A DNA stretch of 64,000 nucleotides from Octopus bimaculoides (Eukaryota). Both the position numbers and the translations under genes were made by a program. The notes beneath the pieces are model-generated. The model had not been told where the DNA came from and searched no databases. It saw nothing but the letters and a program-made list of their open reading frames with translations. Below are positions 11,240 to 23,738 of the stretch, piece after piece; the first letter of the stretch is position 1, and the number at the start of each line of letters is the position of its first letter. The stretch lies in the NCBI RefSeq assembly GCF_001194135.2, contig NC_068993.1:42895915-42959914 (forward strand). Reading direction: 5' to 3'.

Positions 11240-12769
11240 CATTTCTCAACAATTAATGAAAATAGTCAAAACTATATTTTCTGTCAAAAACACAAATTAC
11301 ATAGAAATTTATTTTTGCTAATGTTTTTTACTGGGAAGACTGTTCTTCAAAAATCAAATGTGAGTGGCACACTAACTTTAAGGCTTGATAATATAGGAGC
11401 GTCTGTAGCCTATATTTTCGTATACGTAGCAGACTAAAATTGCACTCAAAATAGTTATATAACACTTAAGCTTTATTTTATTATATTTGCTTATGATATA
11501 TAAATAATATTTTACTATAAGGCTATCTAGGTGTCAGATAAAATTCATTTTTCTGTTTAATATTTCATTATAATCTCATAAAGTTGTAAGTTTTCAATTA
11601 TTTTCTTCAGTTTAACAATTCCGTAAACTAAAATATTATATTCATTAATAAATAATATGTTAAATTCATAATATTCAACAAAATTATTTCATACTTCAAA
11701 ATTGTCTGAAAAACACACGATAAATTCTTAATCAAGGAAACGCCCTCTGTACCGGATGTGAAACCTGATAAGGCAAAGAGAAACTAATGATGTCATCAAT
11801 GATATCGCTTTTCTTCTTATTCTTTACCAACGATACATTTATGTCTTGTATACAAAACAAATTTATCGCCGTTGTTTTCTTGAAAACAACAGATTCTTTT
11901 TACTGAATGCCACTCTTCTAATTCGAGGTCCAATCAACGTGTTATTGAAGATTCTAATCACTTCGCTACCAAATTATTTTCATTCGATAATGTTATACAA
12001 TTCTTCCTTCTATCAACCCAACCACCCACTCACATACTTTCGTCCGTTCTACAATTTAGAAAATGTAATTAATTATGATTAGCTCACAGCTGGTACAATC
12101 AATTTTAGCTTAGTTGTCTTTTTATATCTTTCATATAACACAACCATTTCATCTTCTATTCACAAATAATTTGGGAATAAAAGATATTTTGCAAAGTACT
12201 AGTGAACAGTTGCTTTCATTTCTATTTTTAATTAATCATTGATAAAATTAAACCTAAAATTATGGTTGATAATTAAAGCCCTGCAGGTTCAGTATCTATT
12301 TAAGTGAACTCGCTCACTATCGATCTGTGATATACTTTGAAACCGAACTCGAAATAGCTTTAAATTTCTTTATATTTTCCTTTAAGTTTACTTCAAGTAG
12401 CGGAGGAGGGGGGGGTTGAATGATTTCAATAATTTTTGGGGGGTTTATTGATTCATTTATTTATTTGTATTTTATTTTTCATCGTTCCTTTTTCCAGTCG
12501 ATATCGCGTAGGTATCAAAAGCCTGTTTTAACAAATTCCTAAAATATTTTTCAACTAATTATAAAATTTATTATTTTCTTTGTTAAAGTTTTATTATAGA
12601 ATGTAGATGCTTTTCTTGCATTCGGTAACAGCTCTCGAACAGAAACATCCCACCCTGCGTGGAAACTAAGTAGATTTTATGTTATATAAATAAACAAACA
12701 CAATTAAAAGACGACATAGTTTAGTTATGTTGCTGTAGTGTCATTCTATGTGACTATATGTATTTTTCA

Positions 12770-13130
12770 GTGTGTGTGTGTGCGTGTGTCTAACTGTAAG
12801 TATGAGTGTGTATGCCTGTGTATGAGTGTATTGTTGTGAATGTGCCTGTGTCATTGCATTTGTCTGTATGAGTGTTTCTGCGGGAATGTATCTGTTTGTG
12901 TATATATACTAGTGTGTCTGTGTATGAATAGGAATATATGTGTGTGCGTTTGTCTGTGTGCGTTTCTGCGTGTATATGTGAGAGTTCGTGTGTAAGTATA
13001 AAATGAGTACTTTTGCTTGTGTGAGTGTGTATATGTGTGTGCCTCTGTGTGTGAGTGTGTGAGTGTGTATGTGTGTATGTCTGGATGTGTGTGTTTGTGC
13101 GTGTGTACGTGTGCCTGTACATATGTGACA
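12770..13130. repeat. Degenerate (GT)n field
   Basis: Directly visible. Confidence 0.9.
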
Positions 13131-13619
13131 ATTCAACGATAATTGCTTTTACTTGTACTTTTACCACTGAAAGATATATATCTTGTCGAAACTTACAGAC
13201 AAAATAGTTGTGTAACTTTCGCCTGCTCTCTGTTGAGCTCACTTTTCATCTTTGTTTATAGAAGAATTCCGTGGTAGACTGTTTTGAATTGGTTTATAGT
13301 AACAACAGAAAAAGAATTACAGAAATAAAACACAACCACATGAAAGATAGTCTTTAAATAATATCAAATGATATCGAAGTATTTGTGGAAAATGATTTGG
13401 TTTTATTTTATTTTAGTGCATTTTATTTTATATTTAATTTTTGGTGGAGGCGAAAGAGTATTGTTCTTATCTGTTGGTTGCCTACTCTGTAAAGGAAGAT
13501 TAAAAGATTATTATTTTTAAAATTCATAGTGTAACGTCGGTTTTTGTAAAATCTGAAATCGAAAGGTTTTTATACTCCAAACTGCTTACTAATTACTTTT
13601 GATCAAATAAGATCATTTA

Positions 13620-14140
13620 TCAATCGATTTCTGAACACTATTCATCTTCATTGGCACCGTCCCTTCTAAACAGGTCTATTAGCAAAGAACGCTATTCTTG
13701 CTCAGTCTTTCTTGTGCTGGCCTTATACATTCATTGTATTTTAATTCTGACCATTTTCCGTTTTCTAATTACACATATCCCGTATATATTATGTTTGGTG
13801 TCTGTCGAATTGGTTTCTCTTCAAATGTAAGATTTATTTTTGGTAACTTCTGTTTCTTACTAATTACCATTGATTTTGTATTCGTTACATTCACTTCTAT
13901 TCCACAGAACATTCATTCGTCATTTGCTGCAGTTACACAATTCCCTAAGTCAGCTCGGTGGAAATCTAATGAGGCAGAATCGCCGGTATATCTAAAGTTG
14001 TTGATATACATACATCCTATTGAAGCTCTTGATATACCTTCTATTTCCCAGAAAGTTTTCTCAGTGGGCAGATTAAATTAACTAAAAGCTTAAACACAGC
14101 ATTGCCTGACTCCTTTCTTAATTTCATATTTTTGGCGTTT
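13620..14140 (-). mobile_element. RTE-clade LINE RT fragment, heavily decayed
   Basis: Minus frame reads KYEIKKGVRQCCV*AFS*FNLPTEK...INNFRYTGDS...VNVTNTKSMVISKK, matching RTE RT motifs GVRQGCVLSPxLFN / NNLRYADD / NxxKTKxMVIS. Confidence 0.8.
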
Positions 14141-16265
14141 TATTCGTTAATTTACCACCAATGCGCTTACTGAAGACTGATACATGAATAACATCCGAAA
14201 TAAGTGGAAAGTTACACAAGTCGAAGTGGATCTTGGGTTTAATTGATACGATTCTCCCAATTATTTTTTTATCTCTTAAAATAGAAAGAGAGTAATGCCC
14301 ATGATCCTTTTACACTGAACACGAGACTGGCGAAAGTAAGTAACTTCGAACAGGAGACCGGACTTGAATAATTGCAAATGACTTGACTCCGTTAAAAACT
14401 CTATAGAACGAATTTGTGATGTTAGATGGTGATATAACTCATTAACTCTGTTACTCAAACAGATTATGGCCAGATCTTTAAACTCAGAACGATGAACCGC
14501 CATAATGATTGCAGGAAGAGATGCTGCACATTTTATAATGAAAGTATTTCTTTTGTGCAGAACAATTTATATTAGGGTTTTGTGAACAAATCTATGACAG
14601 TTTTGTAGGGTTATCTTCACTATATATTAAGCAGATGTAACGCTGCAGAGGGAGGATCTACATTACAGCCAGAGGCAATGCAGGAAAAATATTTGATCAA
14701 ATAAAAACTACAAATCGATGAGCTAAACAATAAAATAACTGTGATGATTTATTTGTTTCTCAGATGCTATGAAACTGAAGGTTTCTAAACTTAATCCAAA
14801 CAGAATGTTTTTGTATTTATTTATTTTTACGTTAACAAAGACGTGCTGCTTTAGCGAAATTTAGCTTCGTTTCTTTCATATTCCAAGTGAATTATTTATT
14901 AATCAAAATATGTAGGCATGAAAAACACTTGAAAATCTGAACATTATTTAAAATAATTCATAGACTGCTTTTTTTGTTCTTAAATTGAAAGACTAAATAA
15001 TTGTATAGGATGTTTTAGAAGATGCATTTTTCTTCAAAATAAAACGTTAAAAAAAAAATCAGAGAAAATTTGAATGACGTAAATTGGAACGATGTGTCGT
15101 GTGTCTCACTGAAACTGATTATTACTTTCAACGATAGGTAAACGATGTGTGGCGAATTTATGAGTGAGGAGAGAAATAAAACACAAATGCCCGGTAGCTG
15201 CTTGAAAAATACTAAAATGGCTGACATAAAACATATCTGTCTTTTGAGCATCAATAACTCATTTGTGAACACAAAAAAAATTATAATGCGTGTGCAAAGT
15301 ATATAAATGGTGTGTAATTTAGTCAAATAGAAAAGGATTTTACATTTGATTTGACAACATCAGAAAACAGTAAAAAAGAAAACGGCTATAAAATAAGCCT
15401 TTATTTGCGAGGATGAAGCGACTTCTTTTGGAGTTAATAAGCTAAAAGCACACGTTACATTGATATAGTATTCTGGAACAGGAACGTAATGATCCAATAA
15501 ATAATATGTTAGCTACTCTTTGCAAAATATTTTATTCTTTCTAATCATGTTTTACACTCTTTTCAGAGCACTTAGCAATATGTTGTGTGTTATGTTCACA
15601 GTGACATATTCTGGATTCTTTCAATGTTATAAAAAAAATTGATTAGGAAAAACAGTGAACTAGAATTATACACACACACACACACACACACATACATACA
15701 TATCACAATGACGTGACTCGGCTTAGCCATATGTGTTTGTGTTGAGTACGTGCTTGTGTGTGTGTGTGTGTGTGTGTGTTTGTGTGTGTGTGCGTGTGTG
15801 TGTGCGTGCGTGCGTGCACGCATGTGTGTGCAATGGAAATATGACAGCTGTAAACTAGCAGGCAAAATTTCGTACTTCTATAAAAATATTCATTAAAATA
15901 ATTATTGGTGTCGCTTCTTATTCCCACAATTTTGTTTTCTGATTTGTTATTTTCCAAAAGTATACTTCGAAAATCAGAGTAAAGAATTAAAACAACAGGA
16001 AGCGGAAAGTCCTGGCTTTCACAAGACCTATATTTGTGTAAGTTATGTGAAAGTAATTTCCTTTCTATCTGCCCGGTATTTTCAACTCAGTGTCTACTCT
16101 TGGTAGGTCCTGATTATTGCAGATGACCGCCTCGATGGCAGAGCGATATTGAGGCTAACTTCCAGATCCGTTGTCATCAAACCGACCCTGTTTGACTTCC
16201 ATGGTGTAATGATCAAAACCGGCTGCTTGTGATTCCCTGTTTCTTGCAGATTAGCATCGTTTAGA

Positions 16266-16636
16266 ACCATTGTTGTTAGCACTCTGTCGCTTACGACGTC
16301 GAGGGTTCTAGTTAATCCGATCAACGGAACAGCCTGCTCGTGAGCACTCCATACACACGTGTACCCTTAACGTAGTTCTCGGGGATATTCAGCGTGACAC
16401 AGAGTGTGACAAGGCTGGCCCTTTGAATTACAAGCGCAACAGAAACAGGAAGTAAGAGTGAGAGAAAGTTGTGGTGAAAGAGTACAGCAGGGCTCGTCAC
16501 CATCCCCTGCTGGAGCTTCGTGGAGCTTTTGATATTTTCGCCCAATAAACACTCACAACGCCCGGTTTGGGAATCGAAACCGCGATCCTATGACCGCGAG
16601 TCCGCTGCTCTAACCACTGGGCCATTGCGCCGCCAC
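16266..16636 (-). mobile_element. tRNA-derived SINE family C, full length
   Basis: Head gtggcggcgcaatggcccagtggttagagcagcggactcgcggtcataggatcgcggtttcgattccc has A and B boxes; body matches 322-618. Confidence 0.9.
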
Positions 16637-17099
16637 GTTCAGAACCATAACAACGATGAAATGAACAAAAATGCCATCTTGTAAGACAGTAGTCTGCAGC
16701 TCAAATATTTTGTGTCGTCGTGTTGATGTACGTAAGTTCGAGTACTCTGGACAACTTTTATTGTCCACTAAAATGCAAAAAAATGATCCTTTAGCAAATC
16801 TGTGGCTGAATTCTCCCAGATGACCGACAATGAGTGACATATGAACAACTCTATGACGGTGTCATTTTTGTTGACCAACAACATATCAGGAAGACGGCTA
16901 TAACTTGTCAGTCACTTTCTCCGACAGCCAGAGTTAAGAACAATGAGTCTCCTTTCAAAATCTTCGGCAAGAGTCTAATGACAGTGGTGCCACGACAGCT
17001 GATGAATTTAGGACACTAATGATGGGACAGAATAACTGACACAGCCATCAACCTGTCGGGCACAAGTACAATTTTTGTCTAGATTGATGGTGCTGGTAG

Positions 17100-17140
17100 A
17101 GGTGATGTTGATGATGATGATAATGATGGCGATGATGATA

Positions 17141-17188
<48 letters not shown>

Positions 17189-17190
17189 GT
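17100..17190. repeat. (GAT)n microsatellite
   Basis: Directly visible. Confidence 0.95.
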
Positions 17191-17559
17191 AGCGGATTTG
17201 ATTTGCATTTCTAATACTGTTTAGAAGGTCATGATTGTTCCCAAGTCCTATTCTTATATCTGCAAAGCGAAATCAATGTTCTGTTGCCTAACATAAATGT
17301 TAATTCATCACTTAACGAAATTCAGTTCTGTACGAGACTACCATAACAGGTCAACAAAAATCAATATTATTAAAATTTTCTAAAATATCACTATTGTAAT
17401 AAATTCTAGAGCTAGATTGTATCCTCTACAAAAGAGAATATTTTTATCTAAAGCTAAAGTCTGTTTCGAGTCTACACACCCATTAAGCCGGAGCTTTCTT
17501 GAGAGTGAAGGTTCAGAACTCCGTACAGAATAAAACGCCAATCTGTTACAGAATTCACC

Positions 17560-17690
17560 CACTGGAACTCAATTTCACCCATATGAATTGGGGCAAAGTA
17601 AGATGAAGTAACTTGCTTAAGAACATATTATGATAAGTCAATCCAGAAACTGAAACCACGACTTTACCCACTAAGCAACAAGCCTTCACG
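17560..17690 (-). mobile_element. Degenerate tRNA-derived SINE head and core
   Basis: Minus strand ttgcttagtgggtaaagtcgtggtttcagtttctgg...ttcttaagcaagttacttcatcttactttgcccc. Confidence 0.5.
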
Positions 17691-19099
17691 TCAACCTGTA
17701 TGCCATACGCCTACTCTTCCCAGTGTATCTAGCAAAAAAAAATATCATTGCTGTTATATTTACAATATCATGGACAATTTATTGCTGGGCTCAATTCTAG
17801 CTTGAAACCGTCTTATTTCTTTTACACCGCTAATGTCTTGGAGTAAAGTATTGACGTCAAAATACTTTTATTCGTCCTAGCTTAATTTTCTGATCCTATG
17901 CTTAAGATATAAATGAACAGCAATTTGCATAGTGTCTGCAAGCTATATTGCTTTTTCAATGTAGCTAAAACATTGGTTTCAACGATAGAACGGACAAATA
18001 TATTACATTTACATCATATTCGCACAAAAGATTCAGAGCAGCCATTTTCTATTACGGAAGAAACAGACATATCAACACGTATTTAAAGGAAAGACATGCT
18101 TTTCTTATGCAGTATATTTTATTTTATTTTATTTTATTTTTATTTAATACGTGAGTTCTCATTACTGTTCCGTGTTCTTTTAGCAATTTCATTAAATTTC
18201 TTCCCATTACGAAGTCATTATACATCTATGCATTAGCCAAACTGCCTTACCTAAATGTATCTTTCAATTGAATAAAAGTCACTTTGGCGCCCTACAGTTT
18301 AGAATCCTGCAACGCTTACTTACAAGTAGAATTCTTTATGCGTTATTCCAGTCTCGTAACGGCTAGAAAGCCGCTCTTAATGTTTGGCTTCTTTCACTAA
18401 CCTATTACATTCTACTTGCTGTGAAATGAAAAGGCAGAAAATTCTCTTTCGCTGTTTATTTTTCTTCTTTCCAGGAGGTAATTTCGAAGGCCACTGTTTA
18501 GTACATGTAACTGATAAACAGTAAGCATTAGAATACATGGGAGTCGGGAATATTCAAGTTGATCTTGTAATCAGCCGGTTCTGTCATTAAATATCACTCA
18601 ACCGCCATAGTGATGACGTCATGCTGAGTAAATACACGATTACAGTTTGGGATCAGTGAAGAGTTTTCTTAATTCTATCTTGCTTTTTTGCTCGATGGCT
18701 TTCAAAGAATAAGGCCTTCATGGAGAATCCATTATAGGAACACCATTCAAACTTAAGAAAACCATTTAAAGAACTTTCTAGATATTTTCTGTTATATGTA
18801 TCCTGCTCCCAAGCATTACGAAATATGAAATTATTCTGAAGCGTTAGCTTTGTTATTGTTAGTTTTGCCACTCCAGTTGAAGTTCCTGTTATACAATATC
18901 ATATATCTGTGAAATGTATTATTTTGATGCCAGCAAAATATTCTAATAACCTCAAAGAGGAAACTTTCGTCTTTTTTTTTTTTTTTTCACCGATGTATAC
19001 ACAACTTTTATATCTAGCAGCTTACATTACCTAATATAATTCCTTCCTTAAACACAAGACCAGTTTTGGAGGCTGGTCGTCTTGTCTCTTCCAGTATAT

Positions 19100-19778
19100 A
19101 ATAGCCTACAGGTCTGTCATGAGCCAATGGTTGTTTTGTGTGTTCACCATCTGATCCTGGCAGAAATTTTTCTCGTCTGAAATAAACCATAGCATGTTCG
19201 GTTAGATGGGAAGTTTAAGTTTGTTCAAAAATATTGTAGTGCGGTTTTTGCTCTTGTCCTTGATAGGTTGGGATAAAAATTGTCCCTTTTTCATCTTGTA
19301 TGAGGAATACCGAATATCTTCATGCACTACGTGCCTGATTAGAACCTCATAAACCCCCATGTCCCTGACAATGGACCTAATTTACTAGGAGGGATCGTTG
19401 TCAATCATGGCCTGGATCTCACCAACGAATTCAGGAGTTCTTTTCTTACCAGAGCGATCATAGTGAGTTTTCCGAGCTACCGTGTCTTCGTAATCACCAT
19501 TAGAGTCACCCAACCTTTTCCGGATCCATTGCAGTGTATTCGGATTGACACCCAAGCACTCTGAAATGTTCATATTTGGAGCTTCCGGTACGAATGCCAA
19601 ACAGCACAGCATGCTGTTTCCAAATTTCTGGCAGTGTGAATTGTGTCATGGTGCTGTTTTTCTCACAGACGGTGCCTACCTGTCTCACTATACTGTGTTG
19701 TAAAATAATCAAAAACAAACAATGTGCATGCACGAAATTTAAAAAATAAAATGGCAACAATTTACCCACCGCACCCTG
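19100..19778 (-). mobile_element. maT (DD37D-like) Tc1/mariner transposon, 5' portion only
   Basis: Terminus CAGGGTGCGGTGGGTAAATTG at 19778 on minus. Transposase pieces KRTPEFVGEIQAMIDNDPS and MLWFISDEKNFCQDQMVNTQNNHWL include the first catalytic D. The 3' half and second TIR are absent; the DD37D assignment is by motif resemblance. Confidence 0.8.
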
Positions 19779-20294
19779 TTACGATTATGGGTGTGTGTGT
19801 TATATTATATTGTATTATATTATATGCGTTGCACATTGTGCTTGACCGTAGGGGAAAAATGAATGCATGTATTAGCGTGGGTGGTAACTCTCTGAACTGT
19901 ACAGGAGGCACCAACCGTTGTCACACATGTGCAGGACTGAAAAGTTATATCTGAACTGCTTTAAAAGAGCAATCTAGCGCTGCTAATATCACAGGCATTA
20001 TATATATTTTGACATATACACACAGAGACACACACAGAGGCACGCGCACAGATACACACACACACACACACACACACATGCACATACGCACTCGCATGTG
20101 TGTGTGTGTGTTCACTATTTTACATCAGATACCACAGAATACATCGAAACAAAAGCCAGCCCACGCACCAACCTCTGCCCCAAATTGTTTCCTCCCTTCA
20201 CTTTTTCTATTGCAACTACAATGGCCTCTACTCCTTGAAACTAGATGGTCTCCTGCTGCCTTCTCCCAGATACGCTTCCTTTGATATTTTCTAC

Positions 20295-20560
20295 ATGGCT
20301 CAGTGGTTATAGCGTCCGGCTCACAATCATGAGGTAGTGAGTTCAATTTCCCGACCGGGCTCTGTGTTTTGTTCTTGAGCAAGACACTTCATATCGTATT
20401 GTTCCAGGTCACTCAGCTGTAGAAGAGAGGGGTGGCTGGTATATATGGTCAACTGCTGATCTTCCATAAACAACCTTGCCTGGATTTGTGCCCCGGAGGG
20501 GAATTGTCTAGGTGCAACTCCATGGTCATTCATGACCGAACGGGGTCTTTACTTTACTCT
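20295..20560 (+). mobile_element. tRNA-derived SINE with different core and tail
   Basis: A box TGGCTCAGTGG, B-box-like GAGTTCAATTTCC, core ttgttcttgagcaagacacttcat, tail ccatggtcattcatgaccgaacggggtc. Confidence 0.75.
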
Positions 20561-20635
20561 TATTCTACAGATGGTCTACTGTAATATTAATATTTCAGAT
20601 ATTCTGTAGTATTTAAAAATACATAAATACATAAA

Positions 20636-21165
20636 TCGGCGCAGGTTTGACCTTGTGATTAAGAAGATCACTTCGCAAACACGTGATTTCAAGCCCCATC
20701 TCATTGCTTGGCACCTCCAATCCCTTCTACCAAATTAACTCACAAAGCATTGTGAGCCACTGTAGCTCACAATACCTTGTAAGTGTATTTGGAAGACGAA
20801 TAGCACTCTACCGTCTCAAACCTGGAAATATAGACTGGGTAATGTAATCGAGGATAAAAAGAAGACTAGGATACATTTAATCATAAAGTTTTTGCTCGAT
20901 ACGGAGTTAAACAACAACAAAGGTGTAGACACCATATGTGCATATGTCTGTATGTATATCATTGTTTATCCCCACGCTGCTTGGCAACTGATGTTGGATT
21001 GTTTACGCTCTCAAACTTAGCGGTTCTGCTAAAGAACCCAACACAAGGTGTAGCACATTTAAAAAAACATAAATACTAAGTACTGGTATCGATTTGTTTA
21101 ACTACACCCTTCAAGACGATGCCCCAGCATGGCCGCAGTTCAGTTACTCAAAACAATGGAAAGAA
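20636..21165 (+). mobile_element. SINE family B, degenerate
   Basis: Head ggcgcaggtttgacc...; tail gccccagcatggccgcagttcagttactcaaaacaa. Confidence 0.7.
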
Positions 21166-22918
21166 ATTGTTATTTTATATAGAACTGTGACATTTGACAT
21201 AGGTATAATCACTACATAGATTGCAGCGATCAATATTACATAATCATTATCGTGAAAAATTATCTAAACTCTTCAGGCTCAAAACTTTTAGATGAAGGCT
21301 ACGACTACGATTAGTCTTCCTACTTTGGAAGAATTTCGTTTTAAAAATTAACGCCTTCTTCTCTTTCTTTGTCTGGTGTACCAAGAGTTAAGTGCTATCT
21401 CTTGCCTAATGTCACACATTCGTTGTTGTATATCAAATCAAAATGGCAGATAAAAATGCTATATTAACGTCATTTACTTAATGTTGTTTGGAATAATATA
21501 ATCTTGAAGAAATACATTAAAGACAACGACTCTCTTTTCTGAGTTATATAAAGACACAAAATACACGCTATAAAAATATTCAAAACTACCATAGAGAAAA
21601 ATCAAGCCATTTTCACTTCCTTTTTTATTTTTTATTTCATTTCATTTTTTTTTTTTTTCGCTTTTAGTAGCCTACATTTTATTTTTTATTTTCAATATAT
21701 AATTTATGTATGTTACTGAAAATAGTTCACTGGATGATGGTGTGAATACAAATAAGATAAAGATAACAATACTGCAAGCTATATTTTCGACCAATCCTCT
21801 TTTCTGCCAAGATTATTACCAATTAAAGCCAATAACCCTTTATTTAGCCACTTAGAATGTATTATTCTTTTTTCAAACATTTCTCCAAGTGTTATAATTT
21901 ACCAGCTCTCACCATCTCTTTTTAAATCGATTTCTCATTTATAGCAGACAATATTTCTAATGAATTCTAGTCATTATAGTGGACAAACCTTTTACTCCTT
22001 GAAAAATTATCTTATATAATGATGTGTATTAATACCGTATCGAGCACTTTAACTTTAGAGACAGAAATAAACTGAATACTACAATACAGTTTCAATTCTC
22101 GATTAAAACTGTTTCATCTGTTTCATTGATCAAATTTTAAATTTCAAATCTTTGTTTGTCTCGTGCCTAAATATGCCAAGGTTCTTTTGTTATTTTTTTG
22201 TCTAGTCAAAATCTTAGAAAACACTGATTTTTGTTATAATGTTCGTTTTATTTCATCCTTCGATTTGTACAGGCGATACCAAAGCAAGGGATTTAACACG
22301 TTAGTCGTTACAGCCTGTTATTAGAACTTACCAGTGACGTCACATATTTCGCGGACACACTGCTTACTGTTTGATTACAAGGAAATGCAATTTCTTTTTT
22401 TTTTTTCATTGTATTTTTGCAATATTTCGTAATTAGACTTTAATATTTAGCACCCATGTTATTTGAATATCCTCGAAACCATTTCAAAGATACAGAATAA
22501 AATATTTTGTCAAATTATAAAAATGTACCACCGGCAGTTGTGTGAAGTTTGCGTTGAACTACTGGTATTACATGTGGCTGTTAACGTGTTAAAGTATTCA
22601 CATTCAGGTTCGAGCCAATAACTGTCTGTTGGGTTGAGCTGTTAATATAAAAGAACTTATTAAAGAAATTGATTGTCATATTCAACAAATGCTGTTCATT
22701 TATCTAATTCTATAGCAATAGAAAAGAAAGAAATCTTCATGCCCGAAGACATTTCATTTCACACGCGATTCTAATGATTTTAGGAATAGCATAAAGAACG
22801 GGATTCTCATTCGAGCTCCCCGGGAGAAAACAGTCAGACGCGAATTTAATGTATCTCTTTAGAGATACCACAAAACCCGTAGTAAGTTAGTATATCTAAC
22901 TTTATGTACTATTAGATA

Positions 22919-23362
22919 TGAGGTGCATTCCAGAAGTTTTGGGACTTTATTTTAGACGAGGCAGTTATAACTGTCCTAGATTGTTGTAATTTTAGTATAC
23001 CATTACTATAAACTAAGCTGACCTGTGAACTTTTGTTCCAAATTGAAGGAGACGTCTGTAACTTCACTTTGAAGACGCCCTACTAAATACTGTTTGTCTC
23101 AGCTGACAAGTTCGCAGAATGCAGTCAGGACGTTTGGAAACACGCTATGCAATGAAGTTTTGTATTAAACTGGGCAAAAACGCTACCAAAACACATGGAA
23201 GGCTTCCGACTGCTTATAGATTAAATTTTTAGCTGGGACTTCATTGACGGTAAAGAGACGGTGAGAGACAATGAGAAGTATAGGAAGGAGAGAGTTGTCA
23301 GGATATCAGGACTGGTGGAGAAAATTTTCAATTTTCTGGATGAAGACCAACGTGTTTCTACA
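22919..23362 (+). mobile_element. Mariner transposon 5' fragment
   Basis: TA then TGAGGTGCATTCCAGAAGTTTT terminus. ATG at 23119 begins MQSGRLETRYAMKFCIKLGKNATKT, followed by FIDGKETVRDNEKYRKERVVRISGLVEKIFNFLDEDQRVS, a mariner N-terminal HTH region. Confidence 0.8.
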
Positions 23363-23372
23363 CGTTTAATAT

Positions 23373-23738
23373 ATTTACCCCTGCCTTAGCGAAGGCGGAG
23401 ATATTGTTTGCAGTCGTGTTTGTTTCTCCATAGGTAAGATATCTCAAAAAACGCTAGATGGATTCGGATGAAACTTTCAGGGATATTTGGCCTCGTGACT
23501 GGCACGAACTGGTTAGATTTGAGGATCGATCCGGTACTCGTCAAGGATTCTGGATTATTTTCCGGGTTTTTTTAAATTAATTTTTGAGAGCGGTGGGGTT
23601 CATTTTTAGTATTCTCGTTTGTGAGAGCAGTCGAGTTTATTTCAGATATTCTCATTTTAAAAAGCATCTCCGGCTAATCGTTGAGAGGACGTTGGTGTTG
23701 CGTTGGCGGAGGTTTGCGCTCTCTGTGTGCTCTTGTTT
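23373..23738 (+). mobile_element. Helentron-associated non-autonomous element (HINE/DINE-1-like)
   Basis: 5' ttacccctgccttagcgaaggcggag hairpin with subterminal IR; 3' ggcggagg followed by gcgctctctgtgtgc short hairpin and tcttgtt; T-rich flanks. Confidence 0.65.

Noticed and set aside
16560-16636. tRNA-like sequences here and at 4880, 20295, 59920 and 61280
   Set aside because: They have A/B boxes but no complete acceptor stem and run into repeat bodies; these are SINE-type heads, not tRNA genes.
16790-17019. Possible Tc1/mariner remnant (ORF 16834-17019)
   Set aside because: Only vague resemblance, with no catalytic motif or TIR found.
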